Assembly (NCBI GenBank): GCA_951406725.2
Contig: OX597818.1
Coordinates: forward strand, 132,804,001-132,868,000
From: Octopus vulgaris
Taxonomy: Eukaryota
Direction: 5' to 3'
Length of the DNA stretch: 64,000 nucleotides
Shown: one piece after another, positions 51,520 through 64,000 of the stretch
Numbering within the stretch: the stretch's first letter is position 1
How the letters are laid out: the number at the start of each line of letters is the position of its first letter
The notes under the pieces: model-generated
Seen by the model: only the letters and a program-made list of their open reading frames with translations
What the model was told of the DNA's origin: nothing
Databases searched by the model: none
Program-made: the position numbers and the translations under genes

Positions 51520-52539
51520 AAAATAACAACAACAACAATAATAATAATAATAATAATAATAATAATTTGGATATATGCACAATTGAATCTAATAGAACTG
51601 GAAATCGGAGAAAATCCTTACAGTTTTACAGCTTAACAAACTTAACGGAAATAATATCAGACTCAGACCCATTACCCTCTTACAAAGTCCTTCGAAATGC
51701 ATAGGAAATCTCATCCCAGACATTGATAACACACAAATATATTCATTCTACTCTTCAATTTACAATACAGTTTCCAACCGTTCCATTCAACCACTCAGCA
51801 CAGAAAATACATCAAGGTTTCCACCATCGCTCCGCACACACACATACACACACACATACACACACACACACCTTTTAAACTGCCATTGACATCTGCTGTT
51901 CGTTTACATACGAAATATTCAACCTCTCTTTAGGAAACAAACTAAAATAACTGATACTAAACTACCCACCAGGTCGCAAACACTTCTATTCAATTAATAT
52001 TGCTCCCAAAGTGAGGCCAGAAAGCCACCATTTATTTAAAGATGAATTCTAGTCAAAAATTGTAAGGGAGATTACTCTGAGTTGTAGAAACTGAAACTGT
52101 TTGTGGACGGACATTGTATAGTTAATGTGAAGTTTGACAAATACAGTAACAAATTTAAACATCTTTCGAGCTTATTCTGCCTCTTCTGCGAAGCATAGTC
52201 ACAGCAACACTTATATAAGGCCTTACTTAGGCCACTAAGAAGAGCCACAAATATTTTGAGTGAATAAACACTGATCGGCGTGACAACTTGAAAGAACGAA
52301 TGTTTGTATTCAGCTCGAGTCAGATGGTCAATGCATGGATTTAAAGAATTGTATACCTGATTATAAAATCATAGAGTATAGGTGCTAATTAAAATAATAC
52401 CAGTAGTGAGGAAAGAGATTTATGATAAAAGTGATGAAAAAAGGTAGTAGAAAACATAAACAAGAGATAGCATATCTATGGGAGGCAGGCGGGAGTCTGT
52501 TTTCATGACAATCAGTCAAGTGTCCTTTCTGTTGATATG

Positions 52540-52670
52540 GTTTTGGATATGTGTATGCTGAAGAAGGTAGTTATTAATGACGGGTTCTATCATCTTGGAG
52601 ATATTGGAAGTAAATGCAATAGGCCGGTAGTCGGAAAAGTTAGAGAGGTTGTTTTGTCTTTTTGTTTTGT
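52540..52670 (-). pseudogene. CR1/L2-type LINE RT N-terminal fragment
   Basis: SNFSDYRPIAFTSNISKMIEPVINNYLLQH resembles the NYRPISLTS..SKxxE motif. Confidence 0.7.
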
Positions 52671-52702
52671 AATGAAATACACTGTAGCATATTAGCAAAG
52701 AT

Positions 52703-53112
52703 TTACTCTTTTACTTGTTTCAGTCATTTGACTGCGGCCATGCTGGAGCACCGCCTTTAGTCGAGCAACACGACCACGGGACTTATTCTTTGTAAGCCCA
52801 GTACTTATTCTATCGGTCTCTTTTGCCGAACCGCTAAGTGACGGGCACGAAAACACACCAGCATCGGTTGTCAAGCAATGCTAGGGGGACAAACAAAGAC
52901 ACACAAACACACACACACACATACATATATAAATATATATACATATATACGACAGGCTTCTTTCAGTTTCCGTCTACCAAATCCACTCACAAGGCATTGG
53001 TCGGCCCGGGGCTATAGCAGAAGACGCTTGCCCGAGGTGCCACGCAATGGGACTGAACCTGGAACCATGTGGTTGGTTAGCAAGCTACTTACCACACAGC
53101 CACTCCTGCGCC
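52703..53112 (-). mobile_element. SINE family A
   Basis: Full length, with short flanking aagat. Confidence 0.92.
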
Positions 53113-53433
53113 TAAGATCCCCGGGTAAAGAATGAAAAGGAGGTATGAACGTTTTGTGAAGATAAGGACGGACTCTTGGACGCATTGCTTGAGGGTAGTT
53201 GAAGGAAATTATCAGGACCATTGGCCTCAAAGCAACAGGAACTATTTTCACGCTTGGTGTCTATATGGGCATGGGAATGAGTACAGAGAAACGGAGTTAG
53301 AGGTCTACTTTGAAAGTTCCACGAGGATTTACATACAAAGTTGGCAGCAAATATGGAAACATTCACTGTGGAGTGCAGCTTACAGAAACATTGTTATTGC
53401 AAAGTGGAGAAAGAGATTATGTGAGGTATACTA

Positions 53434-53700
53434 GCCATCTCAATATGGCTAACCACTAAGGGTGGGTGTTACTGTAGCTTGTTGCCCCAGGAGAACATCG
53501 TCTCCAGCTGGCTTTAGGCACACTTTCTGTGCCGTGACGAAAAGTTACTGGAAAAACCATATAAGGATTTGCATTGGGATTCCCTTCATCGAAAACCGGT
53601 GGTTGTCGTACGCCGACGACAGGTCAATACCTAGAAACTGCAGTCCGTACGTATCACTTAGGTTGACGAGGGAGGGATGACCTCCCTTTGCAAATACCAT
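53434..53700 (+). mobile_element. PLE terminal repeat family F, with the terminal block inverted relative to the 32.8-kb copy
   Basis: Block 53434-53532 matches 32797-32895 in the same orientation, while the HHR block matches in the opposite orientation. Confidence 0.72.
53607..53651 (+). ncRNA. Minimal type I hammerhead ribozyme, family 4 (core variant CCGACGA)
   Basis: CGTACG-CCGACGA-cAGGTcaatACCTa-GAAA-CTGCAG-TC-CGTACG. Confidence 0.7.
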
Positions 53701-53719
53701 AAAAATTGATACCAAAAAA

Positions 53720-54033
53720 ATCGATAAATTCGAGTCGAGAATCTAAGCTTTTTGTATGCAACACATTTTCTGTTGTAGTTTTCGCAACTTGCAATCGATT
53801 TTCACCAAACTCATGGTGAAGCTTAATGTTACCCTAAGAAACTTAATTCTGACGTTAGTTTTCCATGCAATACCTTACCATCAGAAAAAATACACAGAAG
53901 TATTCGAGTGAAGAGAAGACATTGCAACCTACACATGCGCCTTCGTTCCCTAGAGAGAAAGGACTAGATTGGGATTAGTCGTTGCCTACTAGGGGCTCTT
54001 ACATACCCGGGCAACGCCGGGCTATTCTGCTAG
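53720..54033 (+). mobile_element. Helitron 3' portion (5' boundary uncertain)
   Basis: cccgggcaacgccgggctattctgCTAG|T, the same terminus type as 38370-39209. Confidence 0.7.
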
Positions 54034-54035
54034 TC

Positions 54036-54277
54036 TTAAATAAACTCGACTGCTATCAAAAATTTAAGTAAAAGAAAAAAACGAAAAAATAATCCAGAAT
54101 CCTTGTCCGGTACTGGATTGATCTCCAAATCTAATAAGTTTGTGTCACTTACGAGGCCAAATGTCCCTGATAATTTCATCCAAATCCATCCTGCGGTTCT
54201 TGAGATATTCTTGTCCACGGACAAACAAACACGACTGAAAACAATACCCCCGCCTTCGCTAAGGCGAAGATAATAAT
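54036..54277 (-). mobile_element. Helentron/DINE-like non-autonomous element
   Basis: Minus strand: ttattatcttcgccttagcgaaggcggggg hairpin, then gtttgtttgtccgt and atctcaagaaccgc..ggatttggatgaaa. Confidence 0.6.
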
Positions 54278-54572
54278 AAACGAAATACGAAGAATTCTTT
54301 GAGTAGAGATAAGCTTGATTTGAAATGTTTCATGGGGAAGCGTGCGAGTGGAAGGTAAATACTGTCATTAGAATTATGCAAATAACCTCTGTAGAATTGT
54401 GTACCGTAATTTCATTAATGAATAGTGTCACTGATTTCTTATTTAATTATCAGGCAAATGGATATAAAAAAGCGCTATCACGAGCATAAGAATTAGATGT
54501 AGAGCCCATTTTTAAAAGTAAAAGGATATACTGAAAAATGTTGAGGTTTCTAACAGATGATCCCAAAAGATT

Positions 54573-54888
54573 CGGAGACCCCCTTCGGTCACGACACGGA
54601 CCATGGGATTGCACCTAGAAAGTTACCCTCCTAGACACAAGTCCGGGCGAGGTTGTTTATGGAAGACCGGCAGTCGCCCATGCATACCGGCCTCCCCTCT
54701 CCACGCCACCAGTGTTATCCAAGGGAAAGACAAAGGTCGATACAGCTTGGCACCAGTGACGTCGCAACTCATTTCTACAGCTGAGTGAACTGGAGCAACG
54801 TGAACACAACACGCAGCCCGGTCCGGGATTCGGGCTCACAACCTCACGATCGTAAGCTCGACGCTCTAACCACTGAGCCATGCGCCTT
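54573..54888 (-). mobile_element. tRNA-derived SINE family G
   Basis: Minus-strand head ggcgcatggctcagtggttagagcg...gagcccgaatcccgg, then gttgctccagttcactcagctgtagaaatgag. Confidence 0.82.
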
Positions 54889-55575
54889 CACTAGATTAAA
54901 AGAACCATATTCACCGCAACTAATAATTCTTTATCAGGGAGATTTGAACAAGTTTCAATAATACAGGAGGATTTTCTTTTAATGACTAACATTTTTTTTC
55001 GAATAGACATATACTGAAATTAGCATGTCAAAGATGGGAAAATAAATTTACGTACCAAGAAAACATTGATAAACAGCTGTGGTCTCTTGAGTGAACTACA
55101 CACCGTGAAAAAACTTTTCCTGTAGGTGTAAAGCTTTTGACAAAAGCCGTTAGAATCATCAACAATAGTAAGTTAAAACATGCCATGCCAAATTTATAGA
55201 CTGCACCAAGAATAATTCTTAAGGTACCTCTGTAACTACGGAAGTAAAGTTTATAAAGACATTTGCTGTTGTCTACTAAATTGTTCGGCAATTTTGTCAG
55301 GAATAACTGATATAGTAGAAAAAGAGAGATATTGAAAATGCCATAAAAATATTCGTAGATGTAAAATTCAGAAAATTATTTTACTTGGCATAATGTATTT
55401 TTTCAACACTTGTATTCTGTAATTACTCAGGACATTCATTACATCTACAACAGATCAACAGAAAGTACCCTTTCAACTCTTTCCCCATCTACCCATCTTT
55501 CATTCGGTGTTTGCAAAAATGCCCTTTTCTCACTTTCTACTTCTTTCTTTCTTTCTCTGTCTCTTTGTCTCCACA

Positions 55576-55659
<84 letters not shown>

Positions 55660-56404
55660 AGTTTTTATCAATTACAGAATTTTAAACTTTGATGATGTGT
55701 TTGAATTATTGTCTTTAGCTATTATATTTTGATAAACTTTTTTTTTTTTGTAAATTCACAGTTTTTCCTCCAGTGATAATTTTTTTAAATATTCTACTTA
55801 GAGTACCAAAACTTAGTTTACCAGGGGTTCAAACAACACTTTGACAGACTGAAGTTTGAATAAAACGTATAATATGAGCAACTGAGATCGTACAATACAC
55901 TCAGTGTTACTGGTGTACGGGCATCGCTAGATAACATTAATCCGTTTCGTTGCACCTTACACACACACACACACACACACACGCACATATCAAATTTATT
56001 CATAGAATTTGTCACTGTAATTTGCAGTTCGTTGGAGAAAAGATTTGCAAAAGGTAGAGACAAATTCTATGAATAAATTATGTAACTCTGCACCATACGA
56101 TGCACCGAACCCTTAATTCAAAGTGGACTTTTTTTGTTTTGAACTTATATGCGCTCGCGTGCGTTAGTGTGCGTGCGTGTGTATGTAGTTTTATTTAGCA
56201 CTGTTAACCAACCGAGGATGGTAAATAGCAATGGATTAACTTATTTCTTCTAAAGATCTGGCGTTTCAATGTGATTATACAGTCGATTGCATAACAATTA
56301 CTGCATAACATACTAATATTGCTAACGAAACACGTGTAAATATGTAATTTATGATGTTATAATAAAGAAACACACTAAATCTCTTGTTTTTTTTCCACAC
56401 TCGT

Positions 56405-57046
56405 ACATACATACATACATGCATGCATACATACATACATGCATACATACATACATACACACATGCATACATACATACATACATACATACATGCATACAT
56501 ACATACATACATACATACATACATACATACATACATGCATACATGGATACATGCATACATGCATACATACATACATACATACATACATGCATACATACAT
56601 ACATACATACATACATACATACATACATACATACGTACGTACATACATGCATGCATGCATGCATACATACGTACATACATACGTACATACATACGTACAT
56701 ACATACATACATACATACATACGTACGTACATACATGCATGCATGCATGCATACGTACATACATACGTACATACATACATACATACATACACACACACAC
56801 ATACATACATACATACATACATACATACATGCATACATACATACATACATGCATACATACATACATACATACATACATACATGCATACATACATACATAC
56901 ATACATACATACATACACACACACATACATACATACATACATACATACATACATGCATACATACATACATACATACATACATACATACATACATACATAC
57001 ATACACATACATACATACATACATACATACATACATACATACATAC
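56405..57046. repeat. About 640-bp (TACA)n tetranucleotide array with TGCA/TACG variants
   Basis: Read directly. It explains the MYVC/HTYI pseudo-ORFs. Confidence 0.97.
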
Positions 57047-57467
57047 AAAAAACTATGCATGGGTATGTTGCCTGGAGGCTTGAAGAAGACTGTAGAATTA
57101 ACACGAAGTGCAGCCTCTCTTGAACACAAGACCACTACGTCACATCACATTTTGAAGGTTATGCGTTTGCAATCCAGGAATTGGAGATAGCCACAATGTA
57201 CCTGGTGAACAAAAGAGACAGTGACGCTCTTGTAATCTCAAGATGCAACCAAAAGTACATTCAGTACATACGTGTCTAACTAACATCAGACTTTTTGTAA
57301 AAAGGAAACACCAGGCGTGGCTGTTTGGTTAAAAGCTTGCTTCCTAACCACATGGTTCCGGTTTCAATCCCACTGTGTAGCAACTTGAGCAAGTGTCTTC
57401 TACTATATCCTCGGACCGATCAAAGCCTTATGAATAGATTCGTTAGACGGAAGCTAAAAAAAGCCTG

Positions 57468-57567
<100 letters not shown>

Positions 57568-57579
57568 CACATATATATA

Positions 57580-57622
<43 letters not shown>

Positions 57623-57694
57623 GGTATGTCTCTGTGTGTGTCCCACCACCACTTGACAACTGGTGTTGGTGAGTTTACGTCCCCGTAATTTAGT

Positions 57695-59319
57695 GGGGGG
57701 CTGTTCAGTTTGGCTCACAGATTTTTAAATTAATTTTTTTAAAACTAAACAGTTTGAAAATTCGTATACTGGTGGAATGTCTCACGTAGAGCACGGTTTA
57801 CTTTGAACAGTTTTGACAAAATTTAGTATTTTAGAAGTTATTTCGTGTTAAAGTTGTCGTATTTGGGTAATTTCAACCAATCAACGACGTGTATTCAGTT
57901 GAAGAAAGCCGCTGCTGCTTGCGATAGTAATTGAAGAGGAACAACTTCCGGGTCATCTCTATTAAATGTCACCATTCTGCTCTATTCTTATGTCGAGCGA
58001 AGACGATGCCACCGTTATCCTTTCTTCCTTTCTAGTCAGCACCGTGCATTCCTTACTCTTTCCCTCCTTTCTACACTATCAACTAGCAACCGAACTTGTC
58101 ACTGCCACTGCAATTACCATATTTTCCGATGTATAAGCCACAATTTGTTTTGTTTTACCTTCATGTTTTGATAATGTTATTTTTAATCTAATAAAGTCTT
58201 TTATATTAACGAAATGTATTTATTGTTGATTATAGTAAGATAAAATCATAAAAATAACAATACATCTTATAGTTGTAAAATAAGGCATTTTGAGACTACA
58301 TACCCGTCAACAATAAAACGTTAACTGCGGGCTCGAAGCTACATAGGACTTTTAAACATCGGTGCACTTTGTGTGGATGAAACACCGATGTCCGGCAAAC
58401 GAATAAATATATGTAAATAATATTTTTTCCTTCTTGGTGTTGATTCTTCGATGTTTACTGGTTACTCCGACGCAAGAACCAGAAGAAAAAATGCGTGTAA
58501 CATGCAACACAGGCAGTAAACAAAACATTTAGTGGAGATGACTCGGAAGCTGTTCCTCTTCGATTACAATCGCAAACAGAAGTAGCTTTCTTCAATTGAA
58601 TACATATCGTTGATTGGTTGAAATTACCCAAATACTTTAACACGAAATAATTTCTAACACAAAAATAACTTCCAAAATAGCAAATTTTGTTAAAAATGTT
58701 CAAAGGGAGACATTCCACCAGTATACGAAATTTCAAACTGTTTAGTTTAAAAAACTTACCGTAAATCCTCGAGTGTAGTCCGCCCTTGAGTATAATATGC
58801 AGGGGATTTTTAGGGGGTTGTACTTTTGAAAAACCTAAACCTTGTGTATAATACGCACCCCTTCTCTAACTTGAATCGTGCGTAATTAAGCCAGCAGCAC
58901 CTAGTCGAACAAACACTTCCGCGCATGCATAATACAATAATGGTGATGTTCTTAACTGTTATATGGGAATGTAAATATGTTTGCAAATTGTTTTTGTTAC
59001 ATGTTATTCTGTGTTCTGAATACATTTATTTTAATAAATATTGCTTACTGCAAGTTATGGATGATTCTTTTATGACTTCATTGATTTCAACTTAGCTTAA
59101 GGTATTTTCGCGCCCGACATCACGATATGCGTCTAAATAAACATTGCCGGACTGCAAATAGAGACTCGGACATTGCTTAGAAAATATTTTTCCTTTTTAA
59201 CCTCGTATATAGTACGCACTAGGGATTTTGACCTTTACATTTTTTGGTGGGGAATGCGGATTATACTCGAGGATTTACAGTAATTTAAAAAATCTGTGAG
59301 CCAAACTGAACAGACCCTC
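57695..59319. mobile_element. Non-autonomous DNA transposon with about 200-bp TIRs and 4-bp TSD (Sola-like)
   Basis: ggggggctgttcagtttggctcacagattttt / aaaaatctgtgagccaaactgaacagaccctc, with flanks TAGT and CAGT. Confidence 0.8.
58759..59280. mobile_element. pogo/Tigger-like MITE nested in the right TIR of the Sola-like element
   Basis: TA-ccgtaaatcctcgagtgtagtccgc / gcggattatactcgaggatttacag-TA. Confidence 0.88.
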
Positions 59320-59889
59320 CAGTGGTTCGGCTTTTGCCGAACTGCTAGGGACCGATAGAATAAGTGCCAAGCTTAAATTTAAAAAATAAACATAAGTACT
59401 GGAGTCGATTCGCTCGACTAAAATTTTTCAATGCTGTATCCCAGCATGGCTGCAGTCAAATGACTGAAACAAGTAAACGATTAAAGCTAAAAAAAAACAA
59501 AAAACCTGTACACTAGCAAACACTGCCATATTCATATAGATGCACACGCAATTTCATTCACTTCCACAACAGCTGTAGATTACTCAGTCACAAACTTCGG
59601 TAAGCATTAAAAAAATAATTCGTTTTATACGAGTTTCTTCCCACTCCACTCTACCGTATCCTCCATCTCGGTCAATTCAATGTAATAACAATAATAACAA
59701 GAGTAATTAAATGAACAACAACGGTAAGACGAATGCTGTGAGATCTCAAACAGGATATTGAAAACAGCGGAAGCAATGGAAGGAGAGAGTTATGTAGTGG
59801 GATTAACACTTAATATCTGGGAAGTTGATTAAACAGTCTATAAATAGATTCAGTAGGTACAGTGTTGCAGAAGTTCATATTCTTTAGTA

Positions 59890-60281
59890 GTGGAGTCGCA
59901 ATGGCCCAGTGGTTACGGCAGTGGACTCGCGGTCATAGGATCGCGGTTTCGATTCCCAGACCGGGCGTTGTGAGTGTTTATTGAGCGAAAACACCTAAAA
60001 GTTCCACGAGGCTCCGGCAGGGGATGGTGGTGATCCCTGCTGTACTCTTTCACCACAACTTTCTCTCACTCTTACTTCCTGTTTCTGTTGTACCTGTATT
60101 TCAAAGGGCCGGCCTTGTCACTCTCTGTGTCACGCTGAATATCCCCGAGAACTACGTTAAGGGTGCACATGTCTGTGGAGTGCTCAGCCACTTACACGTT
60201 AATTTCACGAGCAGGCTGTTCCGTTGATTCGGATCAACCGGAACCCTCATCGTCGTAACCGACGGAGTGCTTCCACACACC
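59890..60281 (+). mobile_element. SINE family C with 14-bp TSD
   Basis: CATATTCTTTAGTA at 59876-89 and 60282-95. Confidence 0.93.
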
Positions 60282-60621
60282 CATATTCTTTAGTAACACG
60301 TGCTTGTGATTGATATCAACAGTTTTCCGTATTCGGCTTTCCATTTTACAGTGCTGTCTTTTCCATTCTTTTGCTGTATCAGCTCAAATAAAAGCAGCTT
60401 TCTATTCAAAATTTGATAAGTTACAACGAACGAATAGTGATTCATCCATATTCAAATGGAAGTTCTGGTTAAAATAGTTATCGAGCACAAGCGTCTGTGT
60501 TTGAAGATCCGAGAGAAAGTACAATACTTCCTAAGCAACGTTATGTTCCATCACTGTGTGTTGGCAGCATCTGATGAGTTGTGTTGCGATTGTTTCTGAT
60601 ATACAAAAATCCGGTGATTTT

Positions 60622-60868
60622 AAAATTAAACCGTTATGAAAACCTCCTCGAGGAATGTGAAGACGCAGGCTGGAAAGCGGAACATTTTCCTATCGAAGTC
60701 GGATGTAGAGGGTTTGTTGGACACAGCGTGAGACGACTGTTGTTATCGTTAGGCCTAACTCATCGTAAAGTCAATACCACCATGACTGATATCCAATCTA
60801 CAGTGGAGAAGGCTAGCCACTGGATTTGGTTAAAAAGAGACGATGAGCGATGGCTAGAAGTATATTGA
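60622..60868 (+). CDS. C-terminal fragment of a HERO-like RLE-type non-LTR retrotransposon ORF (5'-truncated)
   Basis: KLNRYENLLEECEDAGWKAEHFPIEVGCRGFVGHS...VEKASHWIWLKR matches the K..KY..L...C...GW....P.EVG.RGF end of restriction-like endonuclease LINEs. Confidence 0.85.
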
Positions 60869-60888
60869 GTTCTTCATAACCAGCTGAT

Positions 60889-61040
60889 CTAGGCAAGCGG
60901 GGCCTCATATCAGTGCGCATTGATGCCGTCGAGAGGTAGGCCCCGAAACGGCGCGCATTCTCTCCTGATGACCCCATACACTTGCTAGCTTCCGATATAC
61001 GGAGCTTTTAACTGGTAGCACTTGCATGTGCAAGTTGTTT
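60889..61040 (+). ncRNA. Structured 3' UTR of the HERO-like LINE with permuted hammerhead core motifs
   Basis: GCCGTC (60925-30), GAGAG, AGGCCCC-GAAA-CGGC (60938-52) and CTCTC-CTGATGA (60960-71), plus flanking stems. Confidence 0.55.
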
Positions 61041-61519
61041 GCAAGACATCAAGACTGCTCGATTAGAACTGCCTTGGGTCTAGGCAATTACAACATAAAA
61101 ATATCGCACGCGAAGATAAACTTCCTGGAGAGACAATTCTACAACATTCGCCACAGCACTCATAGAAAACAATGAACAGAAAGCAAAATTACGCACGAAT
61201 TGGCACACTGGCAGATTACCACATTGAGTTACCATAAAAAATAACAGAATATGAATACCTGACTCAATCTGTTTTCCGGTTTAACACCACCACCAGATTC
61301 TTAGATATCTTTTGCTCCCACATGTTGCCACTGGCAACGAAGATAGCGAGTTTCAAATTCTACAGAATACCAAAACAAATTTGGTCGGAACAATCCTAAA
61401 GCAAATCTAAAAGAACGGAATAAGCTTCAAGTTCCAATAATTCCATAAAGAAAATGTATATAACTCTACTTCACACTAGATTTGAAGAATTCCATCGAAG
61501 AATGGTAAGTTTATTGATT

Positions 61520-61730
61520 TAAAATTTTGGCACAAGGCCAGTAATTTCGGAGGACGAGATAAATTGATTACGTTGACCCCAGTGTTCAACTGCTACTTAT
61601 TTTATCGACCCCTCCAAAAGGAGGAAAAGCAAAGTCGACTTCGATGGAATTTGAGCTCAAAGAATAAAGACGGGCGAAATGCCGCTAAGCATTTTACCCG
61701 GCGTGCTAACGATTCTGCCAGCTCGCCGCA
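61520..61730 (-). mobile_element. SINE family B
   Basis: Full head gcggcgagctggcagaatcgttagcacgcc on the minus strand. Confidence 0.88.
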
Positions 61731-64000
61731 TTAGGAAAGTTAAATATATTGACACTTATCATAAGTACTGTAGGAGCTGCACGTTTGAGTGATTTTATCC
61801 CAATCTAGATAAACCACCGAAAGAGTTTCTACGTATTACCCAACAGATCCCGGGTCCGCAAATTTTAATCTTAATGTGGCCCTGCACACACTCTATTCAT
61901 AATGTCTTTATGATTTCTCAAAGAATTATTGTGATTTTCTTAAAGTGTTTCCGCGGTAGATCTCGTTAATTAATCATTGTTGTGAGCTTTTTAAACAGGA
62001 ATAAGCAGATAAGAACCACGAAGAATATTTCTCTTTAGGCGACACTTAAGTAAAATCGTTAGAGAGTCGTACAAAATACCTTATGGTATTTCTTCTGACC
62101 ACTTGCAACCAAGTTCAAACCTCATCGAAGTCAGCTTTACCTTTCATTCTTTCAGAGTACCAGTCAAGTACGGAAACCGATCTAGTCGACTAGCTCTTTC
62201 ATTTTCCCTAAGTTTGCATTTTGCTTCCTGTCCTATTTATTTTAACAAACATCCTTTTCTATACCCCTTCATTCCATCGTTTTAATGTGCATACTTAATA
62301 GAATCAATCTTTATTTATCATTTTTTAATAGTTGCTTTCTTTTTCAGTTGACCAGTAAGCATTGTATCGTAACTTGGCAGCAAGCATTGTACTGTAACTT
62401 GGCCGCAACCCATTGTTTAACCTTGATTTACATCATCACCAATTCAACCCATTTTACTACAATCTTTGTGATGATGATTTTATTTGCTGTTTAGTGTATA
62501 AACATCTTTTGTCTTAGTTACTACTCTGTTGACGTCTTCATAACTGAATGATTCCCCACTTTTTTTGCTTGCCGGTTGTAACTGAATAGGGTTACCGTCT
62601 TTCTTTTCTCTCTACCGGTTAAGTTTGTCCTTTCTTATCATTTCGAATCTATAGATCCTCAATGGCTTCTTATATTTTACTTTGATGCATTATTATAGGT
62701 GTACAAAGTAGGTCTGTTGAAAGCCTGCATCCCACATCCGACTCGTGCATGGCTTGAATTCTCAGCGGAAAATTCTGGGAAGGAAAAAGGAGCAGACTGT
62801 GGTCAAAGCCCGTATGGTAGTTGTTTTCAATTCCAACTTTGATCACATGTAAACTGCGAGTTTAATCATGTGTGAAGACTCCATTTCAGTCAATCAGAAC
62901 TTTTTGTTTGCTTGGTAATCTCTAGAACTTTCCTTCAACGAGAGCCTTAAATAAAACGGCTTTTAGAGCGAAAAAGCAGAGGGAATTCATATTTCATTGA
63001 ATCGGTCTTGGATGAATTTCCTCTCTCATAACTGTTTTCATAGCTCAATACTTAAACCAGCGCAATTCTCCTAATGGCCGTTTCACATCTCCATTCTCAA
63101 CCCGGAGATGGATGAAGAATTAACGCGCCATACTTAATTGCAGCAATGTGAAAAATCAGCCTAATTATCAATTACTTGTTGAAGAACTCCGGCATCTCAG
63201 AACACGATGTTCATATAAAATTGACTTTGTTTGTAGGGCATGAAACCTTGTAATAGCGCAGCGATAAGTGATGTATATAAACTGACTACAAACAGGTCTT
63301 TGTAATAACCACGCTACAACTGCTTAAGTGATTATTCTGATCAATTCTTTGTGCAGAGACATTAGATTTCCAATATGTGAGACTTCGTTACAACTTGAGT
63401 TCATATTTACTTCCGATTGATGTATGTCATATTCTTCTTGAAATTCTTTCAGTACCCACGGAGGATTGAAGAGTTAGGTGTCTCAGCAATGCTATTGGAC
63501 CAAGATCATTTTATCATTTGGCTCTTATTTGTATTAAATGCACACAGGCAGTGTGTACAGTGGTCAGGAAGCAGCTTTAGAGTGGAACTTTCTTTCCAGT
63601 AGATTTAGGGTCTTCGTCCAGCAATCATTATCAAGCCCTGTAGCGATGAACCCTTTCCACCACAGTTCAGAAAACTTTCACAATCATTGCTTGACTTAAT
63701 TCTCTGGAGTCTCTTTCCAAAGTTACGTATATCATAAAAGTGAATAGAGTAAGGCATGTCATTTGGCTCTTATTTGTATTAAATGCACACAGGCAGATAC
63801 CGTTCTACATGAAGATGTTATCAAAATTCTCAACGTATTAGGGTTTTGGAAGAATAAGAGATCTCTCCAGCTTTGAGCTCCTGTTTGAACTTCTTTGATA
63901 CAACAAGGTTGTCAAAAATGACATCAAATACTGTAATTTCGCAATCAAAAACTGTTTTGCAATGTTTAGTTGGTGTACCAACATTACAGTTGTAATTTTA

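Noticed and set aside
56275-57190. Longest ORFs (200-286 aa, MYVC/HTYI repeats), and similar ones at 11.2, 32.3, 34.0 and 36.6 kb
   Set aside because: They are translations of stop-free microsatellites that are open in several frames on both strands.
62560-64000. Complex sequence that looks like a decayed transposase or pseudogene, with a 38-bp direct repeat at about 63515 and 63759
   Set aside because: The frames I translated are riddled with stops and I could not recognise a diagnostic motif. It needs BLASTx.

Overview
This is eukaryotic, AT-rich, microsatellite-saturated DNA with no intact protein-coding gene that I can support. The SINE families and repeat landscape suggest an octopus or other coleoid cephalopod (inference). 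Nearly all listed ORFs are translated microsatellites or SINE read-through. The real content is transposon debris. It includes at least five tRNA-derived SINE families, Penelope-like element (PLE) GIY-YIG remnants and terminal repeats, LINE fragments (RTE, R4/Dong, HERO-like, CR1-like), Tc1/mariner and pogo MITEs, a Sola-like element and Helitrons. The most notable signal is RNA structure. Eight type I hammerhead ribozymes (HHRs) from four families can be folded by eye, several inside head-to-head fold-back duplications. The 3' UTR of a HERO-like LINE carries all three hammerhead core segments with matching stems, but in a non-canonical order (GUC, GAAA, CUGAUGA). Most repeat boundaries are approximate (about +/-10 bp), and family names rest on recalled motifs rather than database searches.
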